64,000 nucleotides of DNA. It comes from Azolla caroliniana (lineage: Eukaryota; Plantae; Polypodiophyta). A program made the translations under genes and the position numbers. This document shows, piece by piece, positions 24,891 through 38,091 of this stretch (position 1 is the first letter of the stretch; each line of letters opens with the position of its first letter). The DNA lies in the NCBI GenBank assembly GCA_043228905.1, contig JBHGNT010000016.1, positions 10,664,001-10,728,000 on the forward strand, written 5' to 3'. Below the pieces are notes generated by a model. That model had not been told where the DNA came from. It was given only the letters and a program-made list of their open reading frames with translations, and searched no databases.

Positions 24891-25221
24891 TGTTGAGCGG
24901 CAAGCTCAACCGGAGCCGGATCGGCTGAATAAGCCTGAGCCAATAAGCGAGATGAATCGGTATGCCGGTGAGCAACCGAGCTGGTAAGCAGTAAGGACTG
25001 GTGAGCTGGGGAGCCGGTATGCCGGATCCAATCCGTAACCGGAAGCCTAGTATAGGTTAGACTACTAGGCAGTTATAGTCTTGTAGTTAGTGTCAGATGC
25101 TCGTGTGAGCATTGAAGTACACCGTACTTCTAACAGTCCCGTGTGGACTTGTATAAATAGCGCTGATGAGCGCGTTGCACAGATGACAGAGTATTCATGT
25201 AATTTTGAAGAATAGTGTGTC

Positions 25222-25255
<34 letters not shown>

Positions 25256-26018
25256 CCACATACTCTCTCTCTCTCTTTGTGTATTGTTCTTTCTAACACT
25301 TCCGCAAGCAATCTTTCACATGGTATCAGAGCGCGTGGGTTGAGAACCTCTGATGCAGATATCTACGCTTGTGAAGGAAACCCTAAAAGATCGGAAAACA
25401 GACACAAAAGGAGAAATGGACAGAGGTATGGCTACGTCGCTCCCGGTGGAGAAGCTCGACAGAACCAACTACGCATCCTGGTCATACAAGATGCACCAGT
25501 ACCTGCTTGGGCATGGCTACTGGAGTTATGTCGATGGAGTGAATGACTCAGCACCAAAGACGACACACAAGGACTTCCCAGTGTGGGAATAGGCGACAAG
25601 CAGGGTGATGTACTGCTTCGCGTCCAGTGTCGGTGACCAACTGCTCAGCCATATCCGTGACGCCAAGACACCGAAGGATGCTTGGGGAAACTTGAGAAAG
25701 GTCTTTGCCGCAAGCACCACTGCCCGGAAGCTGCAACTTAGACAGGAGTTGAGCAATGTTCAACAAAAGAACATGTCGGTGGCAGATTACACAGACCGGA
25801 TCAAAGGGATCTGTGACTCGCTTGCCTCTATTAATGTCAACGTAGAGGAAGACGAGATGGTGCAGGTCTGTCTTGGAGGCCTGGCGTCCATGTTTAGAGC
25901 TTTCCGGACTGCGGTTTGTACAAGGGAGAATACGCCCTCATTTTTCGACTTATAGTCGATGCTCCTTGTAGAGGAGAACCACGCTGGTGCATCTACCAGT
26001 GCATCCCCAGACAGTCGG

Positions 26019-29000
26019 TGTTGGGATTTCAGTCCCTCCGGATGGGATGTCCGGAGATGAATGACGGCAAGCCCGGTTGCGGTTACGGAACCGGAGGATG
26101 AAGAGTACCCGGGATGAAGCCGGATGAAGAAGACCCCGGCTACGGAGCCGGATGATGAAGACCCCGGCTACGGAGCCGGATGACGAATGTACCCGGAGAG
26201 AGATCCGGATGCGGGGACATATTCGTGAATATGTTTGCCAAGGGCCCTCGAGGCTATAGTTGTAAATAGCCCGAAAGTCATATGTGTATAAATATGACTT
26301 AGGGCAAACAGTTTGTTGTTGTTACTCATTTTTCTAGTTTTCCACTTAGAGGGAGCTAAGTGAGCAGCCGAGAGAGAGAGAGAGAGAGAGACGAAGAGGT
26401 CGTTGCCTCTGTGTATTACCACCGCCTGTGGTGAAGATAGTGAGCTCAAGGTTGTTGCCTTGTAGCTTCACCATTGTACTCTCTGTTTATAGTGATAGTT
26501 GGAGTTTGAGGACTCCCATGGTTTTTCCCATTTAGGGTTTTCCACGTAAAACATCCTATGTACTCTTCTCTCTATTGTCTTCGTGCATTTTGTATTTCCT
26601 GTTTTCTATGAGTTGATCCTATTCCTCGGTTGTGGCCGAGCACCGTGTTTAACAAATTGGTATCAGAGCGACGGTAACACAGAAAATGGAAGGCGGCGGT
26701 AGTGGGCCTCCGGGCATGATGGTGTTGAACTCACAGAACTACGCCGACTGGAAGATAAAGATGGAAGACCTTCTCATCGTCCGAGACCTGTACGAACCGA
26801 TAGACAATGCCGAGATACCCAAGGGGGTAATAGAGTCGGAGTGGAAGCTCCTGAACCGGAAAGCCGTAGCGACGATCCGGCAATATGTCGATGTAAGTGT
26901 CCTGCAACATGTGGCGAACGATACGAACGCCTATGAGATGTGGCAGAAGCTGTCTGGACTGTATGAGAGGAAGAATGCTCTGACCCGGACCTCCCTGATG
27001 AGGAAGATAGTGAATCTTAAGTACCGGGACGGCGAGAGCATGGTCGAACACGTCAGCATGTTCATGGGATTCGTGAACCAGCTTGCGGCGATCAAGTTCC
27101 CGTTGGATGACGCAATGCAAGCAATCATGCTGATGTGTACCCTTCCGGAGAGCTGGGAAAACTTGGTAGTTACTCTCAGCACCTCCTGTAAGGAAGAGAA
27201 CTTGTCTTTACTAACGGTAAAGACAAGTATCCCAAATGAAGAAGCGTGTTGGAGAGATAAAGAACCGGCCTCCGACTCGAAGGCGCTGCTTACCGAATCG
27301 GAACGCGGAAGACAACGGAACCGAAGTCCGCAACGACGGGAGAAGTCGGGGACACGGTCGCAGTCGAGGGGAAGACCTACATGCTTCTACTGTGGGAAGC
27401 CGGGGCACTTCCAGAAGAACTGTCGGCATTTCCGGAAAGACAACGGAACCGACGGTACCGATTCGAAGAAGTCACCGGAACGAAACGGTGCATACCGGGG
27501 AGCCACGGACCGGAGAGGTCCGGATCGGCGAGGGCAGGACTGGAAAGGAACGACGGCACTCGCGGCAAGTGAAGAAGAGATAATGCTCATTACCGAAGAG
27601 AGGGAGCTGAACCTTGCCGGTGAAGAGATGACCTGGGTGGTCGATTCCGGAGCGTCGTTCCACCTGAACCCGGAAAGAAGATACTTCTCATCCTACACAG
27701 CCGGTGAGCATGGCTGTGTTCGGATGGGAAATGAAGGTACGTGCCGGATTGCCGGCATAGGAGACGTGTGGCTGATGACATCAACCGGATGCAAGATGCT
27801 GCTGAAGGATGTCCGACACGTTCCGGAGGTTCGATTGAACCTGATTTCGGCCGGGAGGCTAGACGATGAAGGCTACACGGGTAGCATCCGAAACGGTGTC
27901 ATGAAGTTCAGCAGAGGGAGCCTGATAGTGGCTCGGGCTCGGAAGGTCAACACACTGTACCTGATGAATTCCCGGCTATGTCCGAAGGAGCTGAACGTGG
28001 CAGCCGACACTGCCGGTGAGCTGTGGCACGAGAGACTGTGCCACATGAGCGAGAAGGGGATGAAGAGGCTTGCAGAAGACAACCTTATTCCAGTGAAGCA
28101 TGTGCACCTGGAGAAGTGCACCGATTGCCTGGCCGGTAAGCAGAACCGAACCTCCTTCCACTCAAGGCCACCGACGAGACGTAGTGTACCATTGGAGTTG
28201 GTACACACTGATGTGTGTCAGGTAGAAACGAAGTCACATGGCGGAGCCCAGTACTTCGTAACATTCATAGTTGACCATAGCCGGAAGCTGTGGACGGCAC
28301 CGTTGAAGACAAAGGACCAAGTATTGTCCGTCTTCAAAGAACTCCACGCGAGAGTGGAAAGAGAATCCGGCAAGAAGCTGAAAGCACTACGAGCGGATAA
28401 CAGAGGGGAATACCGAGGGCAATTCGAGGAGTATTGCCGTTCGATGGGAATCCGGCTCGAGTTTACTGTGCCGAAGACGCCGGAACTGAACGGGCTGGCC
28501 GAGAGGATGAACCGGACCATAATGGAGAGGGTCCGGAGTATGCTAGCACATGCGAAATTACCCAAGGGATTTTGGGCTGAGGCAATGTCGACGGCGACAT
28601 ATGTGATAAATAGATCACCCTCAGTACCCCTGGATGGAGACACGCCACAGAGAGTGTGGACCGGTAAGGAAGTGTCCTACCGGCATCTGAAGGTGTTTGG
28701 GTGTCTCGCATACGTGCATGTGGCAAAGGACCGGAGAGGAAAGTTAGATCCAAAGACCCGGCCATGCATATTCCTCGGTTACGGCGACGACGAGTTTGGC
28801 TACCGAGTATGGGACCCGGTCGACAAGAAGATATTCAGGAGTCGAGATATCATCTTCATGGAGGACAAGACACTCGCCGACTGGGAGTCGGAGAAGAAGA
28901 TGAAGAGCTCCAAGTCGACCGGTGAGGATCAACTCTACGAGGAGCAGTCCCGATCGGCAAGGGACCGGTTAGCACTCGAGGATCCGGCCGAAGACGGTGA

Positions 29001-31406
29001 CGAAACAGAACCGGCCGAGGAAGATGAAACTGATACCGGAACCGGCCCCGATCCCAAAATGGATTCGGATGAAGAGGAAACGGAGGAGCCGGTTACCGAA
29101 GCTCCGGAACGGAGATATCCTCTAAGAGAGAGAAGGGCCCCCCGGAGATTTCCGGAACCAGAGCACGTGCTGCTAACCGACGAGGGGGAGCCGGAGAGTT
29201 TTGAAGAAGCAAAGCTTGACACCCATAGCCGCAGGTGGTTAAGTGCCATGCAGGAGGAGATGGATTCCCTGCATGAGAACCACACATATGAACTTGTGGA
29301 GCTGCCGAAAGGAAAGCGGGCACTTCGAAACAAGTGGGTGTTCAAGCTGAAACCGGGAGATGCCGGAAACCCCCCGAGATACAAAGCCAGGATCGTGGTG
29401 AAGGGGTTCCAGCAGAAGAAGGGCGTCGACTTCGACGAGATATTTGCCCCGGTAGTGAAGATGACCTCCATCCGGACAGTGCTGAGCATAGCGGCAAGCA
29501 TGGACCTCGAGGTAGAATAGATGGACGTGAAGACGGCATTCCTTCACGGTGACCTCGAAGAAGAGATCTACATGCAGCAACCGGAAGGATTCGAGAAGAA
29601 AGGGAAGGAGCACCTGGTATGCCGGTTGAAGAAGAGCCTTTACGGACTTAAGCAGGCTCCCCGGCAGTGGTACCGGAAGTTCGACTCCTTCATGTCCGAT
29701 GAAGGGTACCACAAAACGCAGTCCGATCACGGCGTGTTTGTGAAGAAGTTCGAAGGAGGAGACTCTCTAATACTCCTCCTGTACGTGGACGACATGTTGA
29801 TCGTCGGACGGGACCAGGTCAAGATACGGATGCTGAAGAAAGCGCTTCACCGAACCTTCTCAATGAAGGACTTGGGTCCGGCGAGGCAAATACTAGGGAT
29901 GCACATCATCCGGGACCGGAAGAAGAAGCAGTTGTGGCTGTCATAGGAGAAGTACGTGACAAAGGTGCTTCACCGGTTCAACATGTCGGAAGCAAGACCG
30001 GTCGGGTCAACCCTCCCGGCAAACTGCAAGTTGTCCAGCAAGCAAAGTCCCAAGACAAAGGCTGAGAAGGAGGACATGATGAAAGTACCATATGCCTCTG
30101 CCGTCAGAAGCTTGATGTACGCAATGGTGTGTACAAGACCGGACATAGGATATGCAGTCGGAGTGGTGAGCCGGTACATGAGCAATCCCGGCAAAGAGCA
30201 CTGGAACGCGGCCAAATGGATACTCCGATACCTGAAGGGCACGACAAACGTGTGCCTCCGATTCGGCTCCGGTAAGCCCGAACTCGACGGCTTTACCGAT
30301 TCGGATATGTCGGCTGATGCAGATACCAGCCGGTCCACATCAGGGTATGTGATGACGTATGCAGGGGGGGCTGTTTCGTGGCAGTCGAGGCTGCAGAAGA
30401 CGGTTGCGTTGTCAACCACGGAGGCGGAGTATATGGCGGCTGTTGAAGCCGGCAAGGAAATAATATGGATGAAGGACTTCATTAGAGAGCTCGGTATCCG
30501 GCAGGAGGAGTACCGACTCTACTGCGACAGTCAGAGTGCCATCCACCTTGCGAAGAACGCGGCCTATCACTCCTGGACGAAGCACATCCAGCGAAGATAT
30601 CACTGGATCCGGGAAAGGATAGAAGACCAGGAGTTCGTGCTGACGAAGATCCACACGGACGAGAACAGGTCGGATATGCTGACCAAGGTGCTCACACCCG
30701 ACAAGCTGGAAGCATGCCGGAAGAGGATCGGATTGGAGAGACATCCCATGTCGAAGTGAAGGGGGAGTTTGTTGGGATTTCGGTCCCTCCGGATGGGATG
30801 TCCGGAGATGAATGACGGCAAGCCCGGTTGCGGTTACGGAACTGGAGGATGAAGAGTACCCGGGATGAAGCCGGATGAAGAAGACCCCGGCTACGGAGCC
30901 GGATGATGAAGACCCCGGCTACGGAGCCGGATGACGAATGTACCCGGAGAGAGATCCGGATGCGGGGACATATTCGTGAATATGTTTGCCAAGGGCCCTC
31001 GAGGCTATAGTTGTAAATAGCCGGAAAGTCATATGTGTATAAATATGACTTAGGGCAAACAGTTTGTTGTTGTTACTCATTTTTCTAGTTTTCCACTTAG
31101 AGGGAGCTAAGTGAGCAGCCGAGAGAGAGAGAGAGAGAGAGACGAAGAGGTCGTTGCCTCTGTGTATTACCACCGCCTGTGGTGAAGATAGTGAGCTCAA
31201 GGTTGTTGCCTTGTAGCTTCACCATTGTACATCTCTGTTTATAGTGATAGTTGGAGTTTGAGGACTCCCGTGGTTTTTCCCATTTAGGGTTTTCCACGTA
31301 AAACATCCTGTGTACTCTTCTCTCTATTGTCTTCGTGCATTTTGTATTTCCTGTTTTCTGTGAGTTGATCCTTTTCCTCGGTTGTGGCCGAGCACTGTGT
31401 TTAACA
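26019..31406 (+). mobile_element. Full-length Tnt1/Tork-like Copia
   Basis: LTRs 26019-26654 and 30770-31406; TSD GTCGG; PBS TGGTATCAGAGC 26658; PPT gaagggggag before 30770. Confidence 0.97.
26686..30759 (+). pseudogene. Gag-Pol of Tork-like Copia; single frame broken by two TAG stops (29518, 29944)
   Basis: CFYCGKPGHFQKNC, WVVDSGASFH, LVHTDVC, LLYVDDML, STTEAEY. Confidence 0.93.
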
Positions 31407-33548
31407 GTCGGATGCTGTACACGGGAGCGGATCGGTCCCGCGGGCGTGGTGGATGAGGCAGGTCGGCACGCAATGGAGGCGGCCGGCAAGAGCAGGAACA
31501 AAGGCACAGTGAGCGTGCCGATAACAGTTCCGGGACTTCCACAAGCAGGGGGAGTCAAGGTGGTGCCGGAGGCCAGCAAGACAAACCCGCTACGGAATGT
31601 TGGTACTGTGGCAAAAAGGGCCACAGGGAAAGCGAGTGCTGGAGAAAGCATGCCGATTCGGACAAATCTGGATCAAGCAAGACCAGTAAGGAAGGCCGGC
31701 AAAGCTTGCACTATGAAAACGGATTGGGAGGATCCAAGAACGGTAAGGGGCCAGCCTTGGTGATGAAGCACAAGGCAAACTCAATGAAGAAGACCACTTC
31801 CAAATCGGAGGAAGTGTGGTACATTGACTCCGGCGCATCGAACCACATGACGAGCCACGGGGAGTGGTTCTCCTTTTTGGAGAAGCCGGATCAACCGGGA
31901 GTTGTCGAAACGGAAGACGACACTCCCCACCCGATCGTGCATGTCGGAGAAGTCCCTTTGAGCCATGTCGGACAGAGGGGGAAGCTGAGGAATGTATTAC
32001 ATGTTCAGATGATCACGAAGAACCTAGTGTCGGTCGGACAGATCGTCGACCAGGGGATGCAGGTGTGGTTTACGCACCTCGGGTGCTTCATTGAGGATGA
32101 GGGCGAAGTTATTGCGCAAGGGCGCAGAGATGGGAGGATGTTTATCCTCAACACTAATGACGTCGGCATTGCACTGTTCGCCAAAGGACAGAAGGTCGAG
32201 TCGGATATCGACTTGTGGCACAAGCGGATCGGCCACGCCAACTACTGGAGGCTTCAAGACATGCAAACGGACCAAGTCGTTTTCGGTTTGCCGAAGTTTA
32301 GCGGCCGGAGAGCCCAGATTTGTGAAGCCTGCCAACTCGGGAAGCAACACCGGCTTCCATTCCCCACCGAAAGAAATCGAAGCCGTAACAAGCTCGATCT
32401 TATCCATTTGGATGTGTGGGGACCGGCACAAAATGTTAGCATTGGTGGGAGTCGATATTTCATCTCCTTCATCGACGACTACACACGACATACGTGGATC
32501 TACCTCATTGAGAGGAAGAGCGAAGTCTTTGAGTGTTTCCGGAGCCTCCAGAAGATGGTGGAACGGGAATCAGAGAAGAAGATCAAATGCCTATGGTCGG
32601 ATGGCGGAAAAGAGTACTTTTCCGGCCAATTCAACAGCTATCTGCAACAAAAAGGAATTCAACGAGAATTCAACTGCAGATACACACCGCAACAGAACGG
32701 TGTGGCTGAAAGGAAGAATCGGTTGCTGATTGATGCGGCTATGGCAATGCTGGAGGAAAAGAACATGCCCAAGTTCTACTGGGCGGAGGCGGTCCAAATG
32801 ACCGTTTACATCTAGAACCGGATCGGGGACAAGGTGTCAGCTCACGAGCTGTATTTCAGGCGCAAGCTGAATTTGAGACACCTCCGGATATTCGGCAGCA
32901 TAGCCTATGTACATGTGCCCGATGAGAAGTGGAGAAAGCTGGATGCAAAATCAGAAAAATGAATCCTAGTCGGCTATGCTCAAGAGCAAAAGGGGTATAA
33001 GTGTTATAACCCCCGGATGAAGCAGGTCCGAGTCAGTCGAGATGTCGAGTTTGATGAATCGGCATCGTGGTATTCCTTACCGACTCTGACTTCCGATCCC
33101 GACCTGATGTCGGAGGATGGGGCTAGTGAGCCTGAACTAGCCCAGGTAGAGAAAGATGAAGCTGGGACTCAAGATGAGAGTCGGGAATCGTTCCGGTTAA
33201 GCGGACCGAATGAGAGACTGGATCAGTCCAATTAGTCGGATGATGAGACAATGAGTAGTGGAGACTCTGTCGTGCTCTCCCCGTGCAAGGAACCGAGGAG
33301 ACGGTTCACACGCAAAGAGAAAGGGAAGCAGAAGATGCCGGAATTCGAGACCGGCAATGATGAGTCGGATCGGTGCGTATCTGACTTCGGCAAGGACATA
33401 GGCAGATCTTCGGGAACGAAGACTGAACCGGCCAAGAAGGGTCTCATACCGGGTAACGGTGAGTTACACCGGTCCACCCGCCAGAAAGATCCCATTAAAC
33501 GGTACGGGTATAACGAGTACATGGCGCATCATTATGCGTACATGACTT

Positions 33549-35220
33549 GTGCAGAAGAAAAACAGAACTAACGATCAAGCCGCCCAAAGCACACAAATAC
33601 CTCGTGTCAATCCAGATGACATGTCACGAGTTCAAAAAGGTCAGGCATCAATGGCAATGATGCAAGAGGCACTCGGTTTTTCCGACATCCCGGCAGAAGC
33701 ACATGAGCTAGCTGCCATTCTGCAGTTCGGAACATCAGATGAACTGGTGGAATGGTGAGCTAAAAGATTGCAAGAAGTGTCGGAAAGAATGGTGCAAGAG
33801 CACAGAGATCAAATAATGATCCAAAAGTCATTATGTGGAGCTATCGAACCAAACGAGCAAGCGGAAGTGGATAGAATTGGTCGACAACGACATGCTAAAA
33901 ATAGAGGTGAAGCCATTCAAATACCACCATTACATGAGGCACTGGTGGAAGTACACCGTGAATATGAAAAGGCTACCAGAATGGCCAGGGATATGGTCGA
34001 ATTATACAAACAGGCTACAACAGTTGCAGATGTGCTTAATGCATAGTATAAACGAATGCAGGCAGAAAATCGGCAATTGAAAAATAAACTACAAGAAGAA
34101 CAAGTGGCTCTAGAAAAAGCGAGAGAACGGATATTCTAGCCAGAGTCGCAAAGACAACCTTTGGAGACGGATTCAGAATTACAAAAGAGGTTGTACCAAA
34201 CTGAACAAGCACGAAGAGAGGCAGAAATTAAGGTGGAAAAGACTGAGGACCGGTTCAGGGAAATGGAGGCTCGATTAAAGTTGGCAAAAATGATGGCCGA
34301 CAGATGTTTAGGGGAAAAGGATAATGTAATACAATATTTACGCCAATAGTTAGCCCAACAACAAGAGACTACAAGGCAACAAGTCGAGGAACTGGAAGAG
34401 TATGTCAAGAGCCAAGAGACTTGTTTTACAACACAGTAATAGAAAAATTATTCAACAACAAAACAACTGGAATGAAGAGAAAGCGAAGCTGGAAAACCGA
34501 TGTGCAGAAATTCAAACGGTCTCTGAGAAATGACGACTTGACCTCTTAGTGGCACAAGCTAAACCGATGCATGCAGAAGGGCATACCAATGCGGTAATCA
34601 TTGATTTACGTAAAACATTGGCAACAACACAGTTTGAGGCTAGAATGACTCAGGATAGGGTTCAAGCGATCATTAGACGTCACCGAATTAACACCCTAAA
34701 ATTGGTCAATGAATCGCTGGAGAAGGGTTGGCAAACATGGTCGGCACAAGCCGCGGAGCTTCAGCTATCAAGAGCCGACAGAGAAAATAGGAAAGTTCAG
34801 GGCAAAAGCTTCCTCAAGATGTCGGAGGAAGCAATGACCACAGTTCAGGAAGACATTGCTAAGGACCTATACGACATGACGGCTTATTTTATAGAAGAAA
34901 TTAACCAAATCATGCAGGAATTCGACAAGCATGATGTCGAGACATCCGTCGAGTTAGACAATATCGAAGCCGAAAGAGTCACCAAAACACCTGGACTCGA
35001 GGCACCGGAAGCAGAAACAGAAGTAGAGCCAAGACCATCGACCGAAGGAACCCGACAGGAAAACAACAACAGGGAGGATACCGATGATGAAGATGAAGAT
35101 GAAGACGAGGAAGACGTGGCAACACAGGAGGAAGAACCCTCATTATTTGACATTTTGCAAGATGACGTAGACGAGGATTTGGAGATGGAAGAAGATCTTT
35201 CCTCAAAGCAACAGGAATAA
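33549..35220 (+). pseudogene. Extra ORF (coiled-coil-like, acidic C-terminus) in 3' region of 18218-35728 Gypsy
   Basis: Run of E/Q/K/R-rich ORFs 33549-33758, 33768-34046, 34161-34349, 34549-35220 ending 51 nt before the 3' LTR. Confidence 0.7.
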
Positions 35221-36073
35221 AGGGTTCCTGTGGGTTCGCCGGACAACGTCCTGGCCCACAGGCGTGCCAAGTGTTACCCGAACAAGTATGAATGCGTCGG
35301 AATCAGAAAGATGTTCGGAGTTGGAGTCGGATTGACAGTTCGGATCGATGACTGAGCAAATAGCCGAATAGGACATAGTTAGTTACGACGTTTTGTAATT
35401 CTTGTTAAGTATAAGTAGTAGGATTTCTTGATGAGAAAAAACCTTTGGGTTACATATAAAAGGAACCGAAGGCATTGTAAAAATCTATCATTGTATTTAG
35501 TAATATAAAGTTTGGTTAGGAAATCTCTGCGTACAGATTGCTTCTTGTCATCTATTTAGTTCTGTCTAAACTATATTACATAAGTCATGATCTCGGTGTC
35601 TGTTATCATCGATAAGTTTATAGATAATTCGTATCTATTCGTCTAACCACAACTTCTTGATAGAACGTTCGATACGAACGTTCGTCTTATATTGTATCGG
35701 CAAAATAACAATTGTCGACCAAACAAGATCGACCTATGGCACACCCGGATTGGCCATGTCAACTACCAGAGGCTTTAGAACTTACAATTGAAACAAGTTG
35801 TTTTCGGTTTGCCGAAATTTGTGAAACATGCCAACTCAGGAAGAAACACTGGCTCCATTCCCCGCCAAATGAAACCGGAGCCATAACAAGCTCGACCTAA
35901 TCCATTTGGATGTATGGGGACCGACACAGAACGTTAGACTTGGAGGGAGTCAGTATTTCGTCTCCTTCATCGATGACAACAGCCGACACACGTGGATCTA
36001 CCTCATTGAGAGGAAGAGCGAAGTCTTCGAGTGTTTCCGGAACCTTCAAAGCTTGGTTGAATGGAAAACGGGG

Positions 36074-38091
36074 AGGAATTATCAAGTGCCTACGGTCCGA
36101 TGGCAGAAAAGAATACTTTTCCGGCCAATTCAACATTTATCTGCAGCAGAATGGAATTCAGAGAGAATTTAGTTGCCCATACACACCGGAACAAAATGGT
36201 GTGGCCGAGAGGAAGAACCGGTCGATTGTCGATGCGACAAGGGCAATGTTGGAGGAGAAGAGCATGCCCCAATTCTACTGGGCTGAGGTGATTTGAACGG
36301 CCATATACATCCAAAACCAGATCAGTGACAAGGTATTAGCACAAGAGTTGTATTTCGGGTGGAAGCCGAATTTGAGGCACCTTCGGATATTTGGTAGCAT
36401 AGCATATGTGCATGTACCGGATGAGAAGGGGAAGAAGCTCGATCCGAAGTCGGAGAAGTGCATCCTAGTCGGTTACTCACATGAGCAAAAGGGGTATAAG
36501 TGCTATAACCCCCGGACTAAGCAAGTCCGAGTAAGCCAAGATGTTGAGTTCGATGAGACGGCTTCGTGGTACTAAGCAGGAATTATCAAGTGCCTACGGT
36601 CCGATGGCAGAAAATAATACTTTTCCGGCCAATTCAACAGTTATCTACAGCAGAATGGAATTCAAAGAGAATTTAGTTGACCATACACACCGGAACAAAA
36701 TGGTGTGACCGAGAGGAAGAACCGGTCGATTGTCGATGCGACAAGGGCAATGTTGGAGGAGAAGAGCATGCCCCAATTCTACTGGGCCGAGGTGATTTGA
36801 ACGGCCATCTACATTCAAAACCAGATCAGTGACAAGGTATTAGCACAAGAGTTGTATTTCGGGTGGAAGCCGAATTTGAGGCACCTTCGGATATTTGGTA
36901 GCATAGCATATGTGCATGTACCGGATGAGAAGGGGAAGAAGCTCGATCCGAAGTCGGAGAAGTGCATCCTAGTCGGTTACTCGCATGAGCAAAAGGGGTA
37001 TAAGTGCTATAACCCCTGCCTGGACTAAGCTGGTCCGAGTAAGCCGAGATGTTGAGTTCGACGAGACGGCTTCGTGGTACTAAGCAGGAATTATCAAGTG
37101 CCTACGGTCCGATGGCAGAAAATAATACTTTTCCGGCCAATTCAACAGTTATCTACAGCAGAATGGAATTCAAAGAGAATTTAGTTGACCATACACACCG
37201 GAACAAAATGGTGTGACCGAGAGGAAGAACCGGTCGATTGTCGATGCGACAAGGGCAATGTTGGAGGAGAAGAGCATGCCCCAATTCTACTGGGCTGAGG
37301 TGATTTGAACGGCCATCTACATTCAAAACCAGATCAGTGACAAGGTATTAGCACAAGAGTTGTATTTCGGGTGGAAGCCGAATTTGAGGCACCTTCGGAT
37401 ATTTGGTAGCATAGCATATGTGCATGTACCGGATGAGAAGGGGAAGAAGCTCGATCCGAAGTCGGAGAAGTGCATCCTAGTCGGTTACTCGCATGAGCAA
37501 AAGGGGTATAAGTGCTATAACCCCTGCCTGGACTAAGCTGGTCCGAGTAAGCCGAGATGTTGAGTTCGACGAGACGGCTTCGTGGTACTAAGCAGGAATT
37601 ATCAAGTGCCTACGGTCCGATGGCAGAAAATAATACTTTTCCGGCCAATTCAACAGTTATCTACAGCAGAATGGAATTCAAAGAGAATTTAGTTGACCAT
37701 ACACACCGGAACAAAATGGTCTGGCCGAGAGGAAGAACCAGTCGATTGTCGATGCGACAAGGGCAATGTTGGAGGAGAAGAGCATGCCCCAATTCTACTG
37801 GGCTGAGGTGATTTGAACGGCCATCTACATTCAAAACTAGATCAGTGACAAGGTATTAGCACAAGAGTTGTATTTCGGGTGGAAGCCGAATTTGAGGCAC
37901 CTTCGGATATTTGGTAGCATAGCATATGTGCATGTACCGGATGAGAAGCGGAAGAAGCTCGATCCAAAGTCGGAGAAGTGCATCCTAGTCGGTTACTCGC
38001 ATGAGCAAAAGGGGTATAAGTGCTATAACCCCCGGACTAAGCAGGTCCGAGTAAGCCGAGATGTTGAGTTCGACGAGACGGCTTCCTGGTA
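36074..38091 (+). repeat. Four tandem copies of a ~505-bp Copia-B integrase segment
   Basis: Junction tggtactaagcaggaattatc at 36571, 37079, 37587. Confidence 0.93.

Larger units (their letters stand above)
24891..33547 (+). mobile_element. Copia-D: 3'-truncated Ty1/Copia related to Copia-B
   Basis: 5' LTR 24891-25320, PBS TGGTATCAGAGC 25321-25332; gag from 25416; WYIDSGASNHM and INT in 31706-32815; ends abruptly at ~33547. Confidence 0.88.
18218..35728 (+). mobile_element. Non-chromovirus Ty3/Gypsy (Athila/Tat-like) with tRNA-Arg-type PBS and 3' extra ORF; integrase largely deleted
   Basis: LTRs 18218-18680 and 35272-35728; TSD TCGAC at 18213-18217 and 35729-35733; PBS TGGCACGCCCGGT at 18692; gag, PR (IIDGGSGVNVI), RT (KIRVCVDYRKLN, VFLDDF), RH (VDASDIAIG). 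Confidence 0.9.

Noticed and set aside
26731-30821. Antisense and alternate-frame ORFs over GC-rich pol regions (also 46400-58990)
   Set aside because: Shadow ORFs expected from GC-rich coding sequence.
35227-35270. A true tRNA gene
   Set aside because: Only T-arm-like and acceptor-end similarity; no D arm, anticodon arm or A box.
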